Part shown: one piece after another, positions 21,998-34,881 of the stretch
How the letters are laid out: every line of letters begins with the position of its first letter
Position numbering within the stretch: the first letter of the stretch is position 1
From: Macrostomum lignano
Lineage: Eukaryota
Direction of reading: 5' to 3'
Length of the DNA stretch: 64,000 bases
NCBI GenBank assembly: GCA_002269645.1
Contig: NIVC01000608.1
Span: 248,001 to 312,000, forward strand
Notes under the pieces: generated by a model
What the model was told of the DNA's origin: nothing
Seen by the model: the letters and a program-made list of their open reading frames with translations, nothing else
Databases searched by the model: none
Made by a program: the position numbers and the translations under genes

Positions 21998-22660
21998 AGT
22001 GCCTTACTGCCTTACTGTCTTCGTGCCTTAGTGCCTTTAGTGCGTTAGTGTCTAAGTATCTTAGTGCCTTAGTGCATTAGTGCCTTAGTGCGTTAGTGTC
22101 TTAGTGTCTTAGTGCCTTAGTGCATTAGTGTCTTAGTGTCTTAGTGCCTTAGTGCATTAGTGTCTTAGTGTCTTAGTGCCTTACTGCCTTACTGTCTTCG
22201 TGCCTTAGTGCCTTTAGTGCGTTAGTGTCTAAGTATCTTAGTGCCTTAGTGCATTAGTGCCTTAGTGCGTTAGTGTCTTAGTGTCTTAGTGCCTTAGTGC
22301 ATTAGTACCTCAGTGCCTTAGTGCGTTAGTGCATTAGTACCTTAGTGCCTTAGTGCATTAGTGCGTTAGTGTCTAAGTGTGCCTTAGTGCATTAGTACCT
22401 TAGTGCCTTAGTGCGTTAGTGTCTAAGTGTGCCTTAGTGCATTAGTACCTTAGTGCCTTAGTGCGTTAGTGTCTAAGTGTGCCTTAGTGCATTAGTACCT
22501 TAGTGCCTTAGTGCGTTAGTGTCTTAGTGTCTTAGTGCCTACTGCCTTATGTCTCAGTGCCTTCGTGCCTTAGTGCATTAGTACCTTAGTGCCTTAGTGT
22601 CTCGGTGTCTTAGTGCCTTAGTGCATTAGTTTCTTAGTGCCTTAGCTTTCTAGTGTGTTA
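21998..22660. repeat. ~8-bp degenerate repeat (TTAGTGCC/TTAGTGTC)
   Basis: Read directly. Confidence 0.92.
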
Positions 22661-23569
22661 GTCCACAGGATATACAGTATATTCTGTTGATGTTAGCCAC
22701 TAAGTGCTTCAGTTTCTGCCAGTCTGTCTGCGTGTCTGCAACGCTAAGCTTGACGCAACTGCAGTAGCACTGCTGCTTCTGTTCGATACTTCGCAGACCA
22801 AGCGCTCAGCAGCTCAGACTGGAGTTAATCCTGTCTCGTGAAGAGTTTCTTCTCCAGACTGTACCGTAAATTATGAATGTCTGCCCGCAGTTGAGCGTCC
22901 ATCATCTTGCACTTTTGTTCTGTTTCACTTTCCGGCAGCTCCGTACCGTAGTGTATAAAGTAGCTGGCAGTCTCTAGCCATGGCTCCAACTGCGCTCTGC
23001 GTGCTCTGGACCCGTCTTTCACCCCGCTTCTCCAACGGAGAAGAGGATGGCAAGAGCTGGGGAACTGGCGGCGGCCTGTTGTAAAAGAATTGAGCGAGAA
23101 GTCGCGGTTGAATGGAGCCTCCCGGCCCTCATGCCAGGCCTCCGAGTGAAGCTGGGAAATGAATTGAGCCGGGCATGCAGCGGCAACAGTTGACGGGATA
23201 AACTCTGTGTCAGCTTGCTGCACGCCTCATTTGCCCAGTGTCCCGCGAATCCCCCCCCCCGCGGGATACTGGCAGTTAGAGAAGGGGGATTGCTGAGAGA
23301 AAGGCTGAGGGGGGGGGGCAATCGTCAGTGACCCGAGACGGCCTCCTCTGATTATTATTACGCGATAAACTCGGCGTGACGAACAATCCACCTAACCCTT
23401 CTACTTGTAATCAGCGTGTAATCATATTTTTGTTGCTTGGAAAAAACTGTTTTTCCTGCCCACATGACTTGATAGGGATCTCCGATTGAGAGGAGAAATT
23501 TTTGACAGAGGTGGCTCTGGCGACTATGGAGCAAGATGATCGCAGAGTCAGGTGGCTGAAGAGTGACGT

Positions 23570-23865
23570 AGCTGAAGAGTGAGGTGGCTGCGGAGTGAGG
23601 TGGCTGCGGAGTGAGGTGGCTGCGGAGTGAGGTGGCTGCGGAGTGAGGTGGCTGCGGAGTGAGGTGGCTGCAGAATGAGGTGGCCGCGGAGTGAGGTGGC
23701 CGCGGAGTGAGGTGGCTGCGGAGTGAGGTGGCTGCAGAATGAGGTGGCTGCGGAGTGAGGTGGCTGCGGAGTGAGGTGGCTGCGGAGTGAGGTGGCTGCG
23801 GAGTGAGGTGGCTGCAGAATGAGGTGGCCGCGGAGTGAGGTGGCCGCGAAGTGAGGTTGCTGTAG
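23570..23865. repeat. 16-bp minisatellite GAGGTGGCTGCGGAGT
   Basis: Read directly. Confidence 0.94.
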
Positions 23866-24470
23866 AGTGGCTGCTCAGTTAAAACGTTGCAGTAATTATA
23901 ATTTTAAATAATAACACATGCAGCTGCTCATCTTTTTCCCTGTAAATTAGGACAGGTATTTTTGGACTGTAATTAATAGTCTCCGATTCAGGAATTTAGG
24001 CGAGCTTATCAACTGCATTGATTATTAGTGTAATAATCCCTCTCCGAGGCGTAATTAAAGCTTCAAAGTCAGCCCCATATCAAAGCACAAAGACATTTAT
24101 TAGATTCTATGCCTCTTTTTTGCTATTCTAAAGCTCACTGCCTGCATCCAGAGTACCAGCAGCAACTGGCCATAATTAAAAACAAACTGCGTGCAATGCT
24201 TTCTTTGCACTACCATTTTGTCAGGCCGCCACCAGTCAAGCAGGCGCAGCTGCTGGCAGGACATGTTTCCCATTTCGTTAGTCACGCACGAGCTCATTGT
24301 TTATCAGGAAATTCGCTTCCTTCGGCTATCTCTTGCACGGAACTCTTCTTGGCTCAACAAGCAAATGATATTGCTTTTAGACTGGGGAATTCAATTTAAT
24401 CCCAACTTCCTCAGTTTCTTCGTATTGTTTCTGCAGCTGCGGCTTTTTATCTGCTGTAACGGCCGTGAGG

Positions 24471-24883
24471 TTCTAGACCTATGATCTGGGAAGGGAAACA
24501 CTCTGCTGTCATGCTGCTCTAGACCTATGATCTGGGAAGGGAAATACTCTGCTGTCATGCTGTTCTAGACCTATGATCTGGGAAGGGAAACACTCTGCTG
24601 TCATGCTGTTCTAGACCTATGATCTGGGAAGGGAAACACTCTGCTGTCATGCTGTTCTAGACCTATGATCTGGGAAGGGAAACACTCTGCTGTCATGCTG
24701 TTCTAGACCTATGATCTGGGAAGGGAAACACTCTGCTGTCATGCTGTTCTAGACCTATGATCTGGGAAGGGAAACACTCTGCTGTCATGCTGTTCTAGAC
24801 CTATGATCTGGGAAGGGAAACACTCTGCTGTCATGCTGTTCTAGACCTATGATCTGGGAAGGGAAACACCCGCTGTCATGCTG
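24471..24883. repeat. 46-bp minisatellite (TTCTAGACCTATGATCTGGGAAGGGAAACACTCTGCTGTCATGCTG)
   Basis: Period 46 (24471 to 24517). Confidence 0.95.
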
Positions 24884-25520
24884 TTATAGATCTAGAATCT
24901 GGAGATTGAGCTATGCTGTCATGCTGTTATAGATCTAGAATCTGGAGATTGAGCTTTGCTGTCATGCTGTTATAGATCTAGAATCTGGAGATTGAGCTAT
25001 GCTGTCATGCTGTTATAGATCTAGAATCTGGAGATTGAGCTTTGCTGTCATGTTGTTATAGATCTAGAATCTGGAGATTGAGCTTTGCTGTCATGCTGTT
25101 ATAGATCTAGAATCTGGGGATTGAGCTATGCTGTCATGCTGTTATAGATCTAGAATCTGGGGATTGAGCTATGCTGTCATGCTGTTATAGATCTAGAATC
25201 TGGAGATTGAGCTATGCTGTCATGCTGTTATAGATCTAGAATCTGGGGATTGAGCTATGCTGTCATGCTGTTATAGATCTAGAATCTGGAGATTGAGCTA
25301 TGCTGTCATGCTGTTATAGATCTAGAATCTGGATTGAGCTATGCTGTCATGCTGTTATAGATCTAGAATCTGGAGATTGAGCTATGCTGTCATGCTGTTA
25401 TAGATCTAGAATCTGGAGATTGAGCTATGCTGTCATGCTGTTATAGATCTAGAATCTGGAGATTGAGCTATGCTGTCATGCTGTTATAGATCTAGAATCT
25501 GGAGATTGAGCTATGCTGTT
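24884..25520. repeat. 43-bp minisatellite (TTATAGATCTAGAATCTGGAGATTGAGCTATGCTGTCATGCTG)
   Basis: Period 43 (24884 to 24927). Confidence 0.95.
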
Positions 25521-26385
25521 CCAGAGACCCAGAAATTGGAGACAGCCTCCCCCATTGATGATGCAGTTTGAGCTAACTCCAGTCAATGATCATTGGTTGT
25601 AAGATGCTTAGGATTATCAGGGCTGCAATCGCTGTTGGTACAAGCTAGTTTGCGGAACAAGACCGATAAGCCTGCAGTTTGTTCCATATGTGCAAACGGC
25701 AGATCCCACCACCGTTCTCCAATTAAACATCGTTCATGATAGGGACTTGAATTTTATAATGAAAAGTCACTGAAGACAGCGGAACAGACTTACATCCGTT
25801 GCTTCCAACCTGACAACCATATTAGTTAGCAATTGGCGCAATTCAAGCGTTCTCGATACCAACCAATAAATAATGAAGAAAGATTTACGAAGCTATAAGC
25901 CAGTGGAGAGAGAGAGAGATCGCAAAGTTGCACTGCAGATCCCCAGCTGCAGATAAATCTATTGGCCACAGCGAAGTCAGACAATCGGGTTTTTTATGAT
26001 CGCTAAAGCTAAACTGCTTCTAACCCGGGGTTCCCAGCAAACTGCCAGCTTATAATCCACGGAAGCATTTCTGGTGCGTTAATAATTATTATTTATCTCA
26101 TTAGGCCATCCGGTACGCAGCGCTCCTAGCTACCCCCTTTTCATCATTTTTCCCCTTTTCGCCGCGCTCGTTTGATTGAAAAGCAGGGGTGGGGGGGGAA
26201 GACGAGGAAAAGTGCAGATCAGCCTGCGGTTGGCGTTGATGGAAAGTTAAGACAGCATGCCACGGCGAAAGATGCTTATATATTTTGATCATTGCCATAC
26301 AACTGCAGCTCCCATTTTCAAATTACAGTTGGCTAAAAGCTGCTGGAATCTATCTATCTACAGCTAGCTACTGGTAATAAAAGCA

Positions 26386-26719
26386 ATGGACAAGGTGACT
26401 CTGGATTGCAACGAAATCTGCGCATGCAAAGAGGTCAACCAGATCAATCTGGGAGAGCCCTACGCCGTTGAACACTACCGTGACACCAGTCGCGTCAACG
26501 TATCAAATGATCAATGCTTTCTTGGCGAGATGCTGCCGCAGGAGGACAACTCTACCAATGTCAATGTCAACGTGCTCATGAACAGCTACCTTTCCCCGCC
26601 CGTTATTGTCATCACCATGGTAACTAATATTTTTGTCTGCATTGTGCTAACTCGAAAGAATATGGTTTCGCCAACTAATGTGCTACTGCTGGCAATGGCG
26701 TTTGTTGATATGGTCACGG
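26386..26719 (+). CDS. Class A neuropeptide GPCR (sex-peptide/MIP receptor-like), exon 1
   Basis: TM1 YLSPPVIVITMVTNIFVCIVLTRKNMVSPTNVLLLAMAFVDMVT; phase-1 donor G|GTAAGT. Confidence 0.85.
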
Positions 26720-26739
26720 GTAAGTTTTTTTGGGGATTT

Positions 26740-27110
26740 GGCTGGTGAGGGGTTGGGTGGTTGGCTGGTGAGGGGTTGGGGTGGTTGGCTGGTGAGGGAT
26801 CGGGGTGGTTGGCTGGTGAGGGATTGGGGTGGTTGGCTGGTGAGGGGTGGGTGGTTGGCTGGTGAGGACTTGGGGTGGTTGGCTGGTGAGGGGTTCGGGT
26901 GGTTAGCTGGTAAGGGGTTGGGGTGGTTGGCTAGTGAGGGGTTGGGGTGGTTGGCTGGTAAGGGGTTGGGGTGGTTGGCTAGTGAGGGGTTGGGGTGGTT
27001 GGCTGGTGGGGTTGGGATGGTTGGCTGGTGGGGTTGGGGTGGTTGGCTGGTGAGGGATCAGGGTGGTTGGCTGGTGAGGGATCGGGGTGGTTGGCTGGTG
27101 AGGGATTGGG
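26740..27110. repeat. 24-bp G-rich minisatellite in the GPCR intron (GGGTGGTTGGCTGGTGAGGGGTTG)
   Basis: Read directly. Confidence 0.92.
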
Positions 27111-27170
27111 TGCGAAATGATTGCAGTTTGAAATCCCAATAGCCAGTGGCAAGCCGCACCCCACCCGCAG

Positions 27171-28279
27171 GCCTGATCCCACTGCCCTGGTACCTGTTGA
27201 GCGCCTACTCCCGAGAGTGGCTCATCGATCACCTGTGCTCGAATCACTACGTAGCCAACCTGCTGTACCTGATGGTGAACACAATTCCCACCATCTGTCA
27301 CACAATCTCCATCTGGTTAACTGTGATGTTGGCCGCCCAGCGCTGGATCTACATCAGCTATCCAACATCCGTTAAGCGGATTTGTAGCGTACAAAAATCC
27401 GTCACAGCCGTGGCTGTGCTCAGCGTTACCACGGTGGTGTTCTACAGCGTTAGCCACCTGCTCTCCGGCTCCATCTACTTCCGCCTGCGGCCAGCCAATG
27501 GTGACAGCTTCGCCGTGGCCTCCTGCAGCGTCACGGAGCACCGCCCCTACTACATGGCCGCCATGATCGTCAGGGCGCTGCTGGTGAACATCGCTCCCTG
27601 CCTGCTGCTGATCATCATCACCGCTATGCTCATCCGCGGACTTCACCGCGCCAGCCGGAGGCGGCAGCAGCTGCTGCGCAGCGGAACCGGCAAAAGCAAA
27701 GCCAAAAAGGGCGACAGCGGCGGCGGTGGCGGCGGCGGCGGTGGCGGAGAAGAGCGTCGCTGTCATCGTCGGAATCAATCGAGCCGTAAGCGCCGAGAGA
27801 AGACCGGCACAACTCTGATGCTGACAATTATTGTGAGCATCTTCCTGCTGGTTGAGCTGCCGATGGCCTTCATCATGACCGTGTTCATTCTGCGGGTGGG
27901 GAAACTGGTGCAGAACAGCACCTGGAATCTGGTGAATTGCAGCTTCCCAATTGTGAACTTCATCATCCTGGTGAGCTACCCGATCAACTTCTTCATCTAC
28001 TGCCTGATGTCAACGCAGTTCAGGCAGACGTTCGCCAGCCTGTTCAACGGCGGCCGCTCATCGTCAGGCCAGCCGCAGCCCAGCCGCCTGCTGCATGGCG
28101 GCGGCCCCAGCGGTATCGAGCTGAGCAGCCGGGCGGATGGCGACACCGACTTTCGATCATCCGTGTTCTGGCGACGCAGAAGCAGCGTCAGGCTGGGCAG
28201 CAGCGGCGGCGGCGGCGTCGGCGGCAACGAGCTGGCGGTGCCGCCAGTCAGCAGCCGAACTCTTCAGGTACCCGTCTGA
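27171..28279 (+). CDS. Class A neuropeptide GPCR (sex-peptide/MIP receptor-like), exon 2
   Basis: Acceptor CCGCAG|GC restores VTGLIPLPW. IPTICHTISIWLTVMLAAQRWIY, TM6 IVSIFLLVELP and TM7 SYPINFFIYCLMSTQFR resemble the SPR/MIPR family. Confidence 0.88.
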
Positions 28280-28516
28280 TTAAACAAATGAAACTGAAGT
28301 TCCGATTGTACTTAAAAAGGAGGCAGATACGATTGAATATGGATTCTTCTTGATGAGTTGTTGGCAAAGGCGCATTGCTTTGTGTCCGTGAAAAATTCTT
28401 TGTGTTTTTGTTTAGAAAAATCTGTTGTGCAAATGTCTGTGTTGCATCGTTCGCGCATGTTCGTGGGCAACTTTTAGATTGTTTATCATTTTCTACCCAA
28501 ACTGCCCAGGAATTAT

Positions 28517-29192
28517 CTACAGATCTGTAGACTACAGATCTATAGACTACAGATCTATAGACTACAAATCTATAAGCTACATATCTATAGACTACAGATC
28601 TATAAACTACAGATCTATAGACTACAGATCTATAAACTACAGATCTATAGACTACAGATCTATAGACTACAAATCTATAGACTACAAATCTATAAGCTAC
28701 ATATCTATAAACTACAGATCTATAAGCTACAGATCTATAAACTACAGATCTATAGACTACAAATCTATAAGCTACATATCTATAAACTACAGATCTATAA
28801 GCTACAGATCTATAAACTACAGATCTATAGACTACAGATCTATAAACTACAGATCTATAGACTACAAATCTATAAGCTACATATCTATAAACTACAGATC
28901 TATAAGCTACAGATCTATAAACTACAGATCTATAGACTACAAATCTATAAGCTACATATCTATAGACTACAGATCTATAGACTACAGATCTATAGACTAC
29001 AGATCTATAAACTACAGATCTATAGACTACAAATCTATAGACTACAAATCTATAAGCTACATATCTATAAACTACAGATCTATAGACTACAAATCTATAA
29101 GCTACATATCTATAGACTACAGATCTATAGACTACAGATCTATAGACTACAGATCTATAAACTACAGATCTATAGACTACAGATCTATAGAC
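28517..29192. repeat. 15-bp minisatellite AGATCTATAGACTAC
   Basis: Read directly. Confidence 0.96.
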
Positions 29193-29679
29193 TTCACGTC
29201 TAAGAGCGTAGAAGTTACAGATCATGAGCTAGAGATCTGTATTTTATATCCGTACTCTATGGATATCTAGTGAATAAAGCAGCTACGGGGATCTACAGAC
29301 AAAATCCATGGGCTGAAGTCATGTACTCACACCAGCTTGTCAATATGATTAATACAAAGCTAATTTTATTATCTGAAAAAATCATCAAGCCAGCCCACTC
29401 AGCTTTGCTTTGTGTTGAAATTTTTAAATCGAAAAATTTTCACTGCACCCGATTCTAAATCTGAATTGTTCTCCTTTGTTTTACGTTGAAATATGCATCT
29501 AATTTTGGATTCTGAGCGCTAATGAAATACTGGTACTCACTTTTTTCTGCTTGAAGAAGCCACTTTGTTGTTGCAGTGAATACTGATTGAATGTTTCTTT
29601 TTTAGCATCGCCCTTTTCGGAATATTTTGCTTGATTTGGAAGTCAATAGTTTCATTTGGGTAAGTTGGTTTACCGCTAC

Positions 29680-30180
29680 CAGATGGCAGTTAAGCTATAC
29701 AAGATGGCAGTTAAGCTATACAAGATGGCAGTTAAGCTATACAAGATGGCAGTTAAGCTACACCAGATGGCAGCTAAGCTATAGCAGATGGCAGTTAAGC
29801 TATATCAGATGGCAGGTAAATTATATCAGATGGCAGGTAAACTATATCAGATGGCAGTTAAGCTATATCATATGGCAGTTAAGCTATACATGCTGGCAGT
29901 TAAGCTATATCGGATGGCAGTTAAGCTATATCGGATGGCAGTTAAGCTATACATGCTGGCAGTTAAGCTATATTGGATGGCAGATAAGCTATATTAGATG
30001 GCAGGTAAACTATATCAGATGGCAGTTAAGCTATATCAGATGGCAGTTAAGCTATATCAGATGGCAGGTAAACTATATCAGATGTCAGGTAAACTATATC
30101 AGATGGCAGTTAAGCTAAATCAGATGGCAGTTAAGCTATATCAGATGGCAGTTAAGCTAAATCAGATGACAGATAAGCTT
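29680..30180. repeat. 21-bp minisatellite ATGGCAGTTAAGCTATATCAG
   Basis: Read directly. Confidence 0.94.
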
Positions 30181-31139
30181 ACATTTGGCCAACCTCGTTA
30201 TCCAACAGTCCAGAATGCCCCGGTTCTGTGTATTAATTCCCTCTATTTAAACTGTACTCATATCTGTTTTGGCTCTTCAGATCGATGTTAATTGAGTTAA
30301 GCTGACAACCCAGCTATGTTAAACAACACAGTGAATTTGTCAATATTATTTTGTCGGATGATAACAGCACCTCTTGTATAAAGATTCAGAAGTATGATAT
30401 GGACTCAAACGAATTGAAACTTTGACTTTTTGTTTTTTAGGCTTTCGATGCTACAGGGGGAGACTTTAGCGCGATTTTGACGCTACTGGGGGACTTTAGC
30501 GCCATTTTGATGCTACAATGGGGATTTGAAAGCCATATTGAAATGACCCCACCATTTTCACTAAGGGGGGGGGAGCAGCTGACCCCATTGACCTCACTTA
30601 CAGTGTAGATGGATCTCCTAGACTGTAGTTAAGCAGAGAAGGGCAGCTGCCCCCTCTCCCTGTAATATATACGAGCCATTTGTTACACAGCAGAAATGTG
30701 AGGGAAAATTTCCTCTAGAAGCGGAAACGCAAGGCGGGAAAATAGAAACACGGGGCAAGAAACAACTGCTTTATTTGCCTGCTTTGCTTCTAGAGGCAGA
30801 CAGTCCAAACCAGTTCTCGGACAGGTCGACAGCAAAAATCGCCTTTGAGTGAAAAAATTATTTTAGAAATTGATGAACAGCTATTTGAGTCGCAGGGCCC
30901 AATCAATTCTTTGACTAATTAAAAGATGAAATAAAAGGATTTGGAAGTCATTTTTGCTCAAAGAGTTAATAACGGAAGAAACTCGCGGCTTTGATGGGAT
31001 TTGCTAATTGCATTCGGTAGATAATTGAGTATTCGGTGCTCTTAAGACCTATAATTATGTGAATTTGGTGAACTATAATGAGATCGTTATAGCCAAGAGT
31101 TGGTACTGTTGTAATTTGAGTTATGAACAGTACACGAAA

Positions 31140-31430
31140 AAAGTGATTGAGTCAAACCATGGTCATAGGATATTTTATGATGAAAAGTGATTGAGTCATA
31201 CGATGGTCATAGGACAGTTTATGATAAAAAGTGATTGAGTCATACGATGGTCATAGGACAGTTTATGATAAAAAGTGATTGAGTCATACGATGGTCATAG
31301 GACAGTTTATGATAAAAAGTGAATGAGTCATACGATGGTCATAGAACAGTTTATGATAAAAAATGATTGAGTCATACGATGGTCATAGGACAGTTTATGA
31401 TAAAAAGTGATTGAGTCATATGATTGTCAT
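31140..31430. repeat. 44-bp minisatellite
   Basis: CGATGGTCATAGGACAGTTTATGATAAAAAGTGATTGAGTCATA; period 31201 to 31245. Confidence 0.92.
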
Positions 31431-31824
31431 ATGGCTATTTAGATTTCAGATCATTAAGGTCATTTTGATGCTTCAGAATTACATAAAGTTCTGTATTAAA
31501 AGCGCTACAGCATTTCTTCTCTATATGCCTGTAATAAAATCTATCTGCAAAGCACACACAGATTTACTATAAATAGCAAACTGTATCTAAGGTATATTCA
31601 AGTCAATAGAGCTTCATCAACAATGCAGACATGAAACACCAGCATTGAAGCCTATTATTATAGCTAAGACGCTCGCAGGCAATACTGTTAAAGGCGCAGC
31701 GACACTGATAAGATAAGAACCCCGGCAAACAGTGTGCAGCTTCAGTGCCTCATCTGCCTCGTGTGTCGTTGAGCAAATCGGTCATATACAGGTGCAGCCA
31801 TATGGGAAAAAATCTCTGGCGCCC

Positions 31825-32905
31825 CTCAAATGAAATGGCCCTACACTCAAATGAAATGGCCCTATACTCAAATGAAATGGCCCTACACTCAAATGAAATG
31901 GCCCTACACTCAAATGAAATGGCCCTATACTCAAATGAAATGGCCCTACACTCAAATGAAATGGCCCTACACTCAAATGAAATGGCCCTACACTCAAATA
32001 AAATGGCCCTACACTCAAATGAAATGGCCCTATACTCAAATGAAATGGCCCTATACTCAAATGAAATGGCCCTACACTCAAATGAAATGGCCCTACACTC
32101 AAATGAAATGGCCCTACACTCAAATGAAATGGCCCTACACTCAAATGAAATGGCCCTACACTCAAATGAAATGGCCCTATGCTCAAATAAAATGGCCCTA
32201 TACTCAAATGAAATGGTCCTATACTCAAATGAAATGGCCTTATACTCAAATGAAATGGCCCTACACTCAAATGAAATGGCCCTACACTCAAATGAAATGG
32301 CCCTACACTCAAATGAAATGGCCCTATACTCAAATGAAATGGCCCTACACTCAAATGAAATGGCCCTACACTCAAATGAAATGGCCCTACACTCAAATGA
32401 AATGGCCCTACACTCAAATGAAATGGCCCTACACTCAAATGAAATGGCCCTATGCTCAAATAAAATGGCCCTATACTCAAATGAAATGGTCCTATACTCA
32501 AATGAAATGGCCTTATACTCAAATGAAATGGCCCTACACTCAAATGAAATGGCCCTATACTCAAATGAAATGGCCCTACACTCAAATGAAATGGCCCTAC
32601 ACTCAAATGAAATGGCCCTACACTCAAATGAAATGGCCCTACACTCAAATGAAATGGCCCTATACTCAAATGAAATGGCCCTACACTCAAATGAAATGGC
32701 CCTACACTCAAATGAAATGGCCCTATACTCAAATGAAATGGCCCTACACTCAAATGAAATGGCCCTACACTCAAATGAAATGGCCCTACACTCAAATGAA
32801 ATGGCCCTATACTCAAAATGAAATGGCCCTATACTCAAATGAAATGGCCCTATACTCAAATGAAATGGCCCTACACTCAAATGAAATGGCCCTATACTCA
32901 AATAA
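31825..32905. repeat. 21-bp minisatellite CTCAAATGAAATGGCCCTACA
   Basis: About 51 units read directly. Confidence 0.97.
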
Positions 32906-33615
32906 AACGGGCCTACTGCCGCCTTGAACTACAACAGTGCCCGAAGCCCTGCAGCCGCGAGATAAATAAAATGCTGCTGGCTTAATACTTGCTTTTAATA
33001 TCAGGAAATCAAAGCCGGGAAATTTGACGCCTAATTTCATGGCAGAGCTCGAGTCCCCAGATTCGCGATCCTCTACTGAGCTTCCTCTCGTTAAATAAAA
33101 GCTAGGCCGGACTCGTGTGTCGGTCAGATAGACAGCTAAGCATATTCAGCGAGGCTCCCTCCGCACTGGATGCCCTTTGTTTTGAGCCCCCACCCCCCTA
33201 TTGAGTTTCCTCCATACGCGAGACGTCAGAAATCGATGATTAATTAGCCAGCCGCCGCCTCTTTCGGCTCCGTTCGCTTGGGGAGAGGCGGCTTTGATGA
33301 AGGATCGAAGATTCTGGGCCGCTATTTTATTAATTTTCCCTCTCTTACCCGCCAAGACGTTGCTCACAGCCGAGTCCCGAACTTGTCCCTAGAGCTTGGG
33401 TGGCCTCTGCTGCCAAATCTTTGCATTGACTTTCAATCTAAAAGCGTTTCTAGTTTGTTGTTTATCAGCCCCTTATATTTAGAATATTTTCTGGGAAACG
33501 TGTCTGATTCTATTGAAATTAAGCTGAGTTTGAGTGCGTTCGCGGGTGTCTCAGCTTGAATCCCTGTCAACGTTCATTTCAAGGTCATTGCTAGGCATCC
33601 GGAGCCACCAGCTAG

Positions 33616-34021
33616 AATAACTAGATGGGCCATTCAGAACATTTGCGTGCAAGCTACTTTCAGTTCAGTAGTAAGTTAATCTGAAGCATTTTAATGTATT
33701 TTTAAAGCCAAGGATCATTACGAGTAATTGGCTCCTACCCCAGCTTAAACCTTAAACCATCCAATCCAGCCTTTCTCGGAATTCCAGCCTAAAGCGGCCA
33801 TGTACATTCAGTGGACTGGCAGAAAACATTATTGCTGGACCAATTAGCAAGCTGTTTAACGCCTGCAAAATTGGGCTTCTAAACTTATCAAAGTCATTTC
33901 AGCTGCCTTTCTTATATCTCGTAGTTTTATAAAATAGCTAATGTATTCTTCTTTGCTACTGAACTGAAAGTAGAAAGCTGCTTTACTAAGTATATAAGCC
34001 TAAGTGGCCCATCTAGTTATT
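33616..34021. mobile_element. MITE / non-autonomous DNA transposon relic
   Basis: Perfect 17-bp inverted repeats AATAACTAGATGGGCCA (33616-33632 / 34005-34021), plus a second perfect 18-bp inverted pair CTACTTTCAGTTCAGTAG (33654-33671 / 33956-33973). Confidence 0.72.
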
Positions 34022-34881
34022 TTAGGTATCTATGCTAAATACAAAAATTTGCAAAAAAAGTAAAAAATCGAAGGATTCAAGATAAATTCAATTTTCTAAG
34101 AAACTACCTTTTAGTATTTGCGATTTTCTAAGAAATAGAAAGCGTGGAAATTTAAAAGACCTACACGATTTTCTAGGAAACTACTGTGATATTCAAAAAA
34201 TCTGCGGTTTTACTACATGTAAATATGTTTAACCTTCGCTTCTAAGCATTACACGAATTGTATATGAAAAGTGAAAACAATATAAAAATATTAATCAGAA
34301 TTATTATAGATTACAAGCCGAGTTTTAGAAAATAAAGTTATGGCACAGTTTTGAAACTGTTACGACGTGTTCTGTTATCGTTATGTGTATTTATTTAGCT
34401 ATTAATATTAATATATACTACTTGTACAAACCCACTGATCTTCGAACCCGGGGCCAGGGAATATGCAAACAGGTTTAACAGGGAGCAGAACAGGTAATTG
34501 AGACGTAAGAAATAAAAAAGGATGGCCACCGTAGTTGCATTAATTTATCCACTGAGAATATCGTTAATGCACAGAAGACCCTACTGATAGGCGTTGAGCA
34601 GTAGAATAATGCGCATATTTATTGTCACCCCAAATGATTGCGTGATGAGTCGGGATAAAGGATTTAACATTTCTTCCATTCATTACAATGTAGAAGAATT
34701 ACTCACAGAGTAAAACTACACCAGAGATACAAGGCTGAGGAATTGGCGACACACCTAGCAACTGTTATTTATCTTCTTAATGGAGTCTCTGTATATAGAT
34801 AAGTTGGAAACAAGCCAACAGCAAGTTTACCAGTTAACTATGCCTACTACGGTACAATTGTTTGTAAATTATTCGAGTTGA

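Noticed and set aside
22825-23223. 132-aa minus-strand ORF, and other GC-rich islands at 16.4-17.0, 20.7-22.0, 33.0-33.6 and 42.4-43.1 kb
   Set aside because: No recognisable domain and no consistent splice sites; probably UTR or regulatory DNA.
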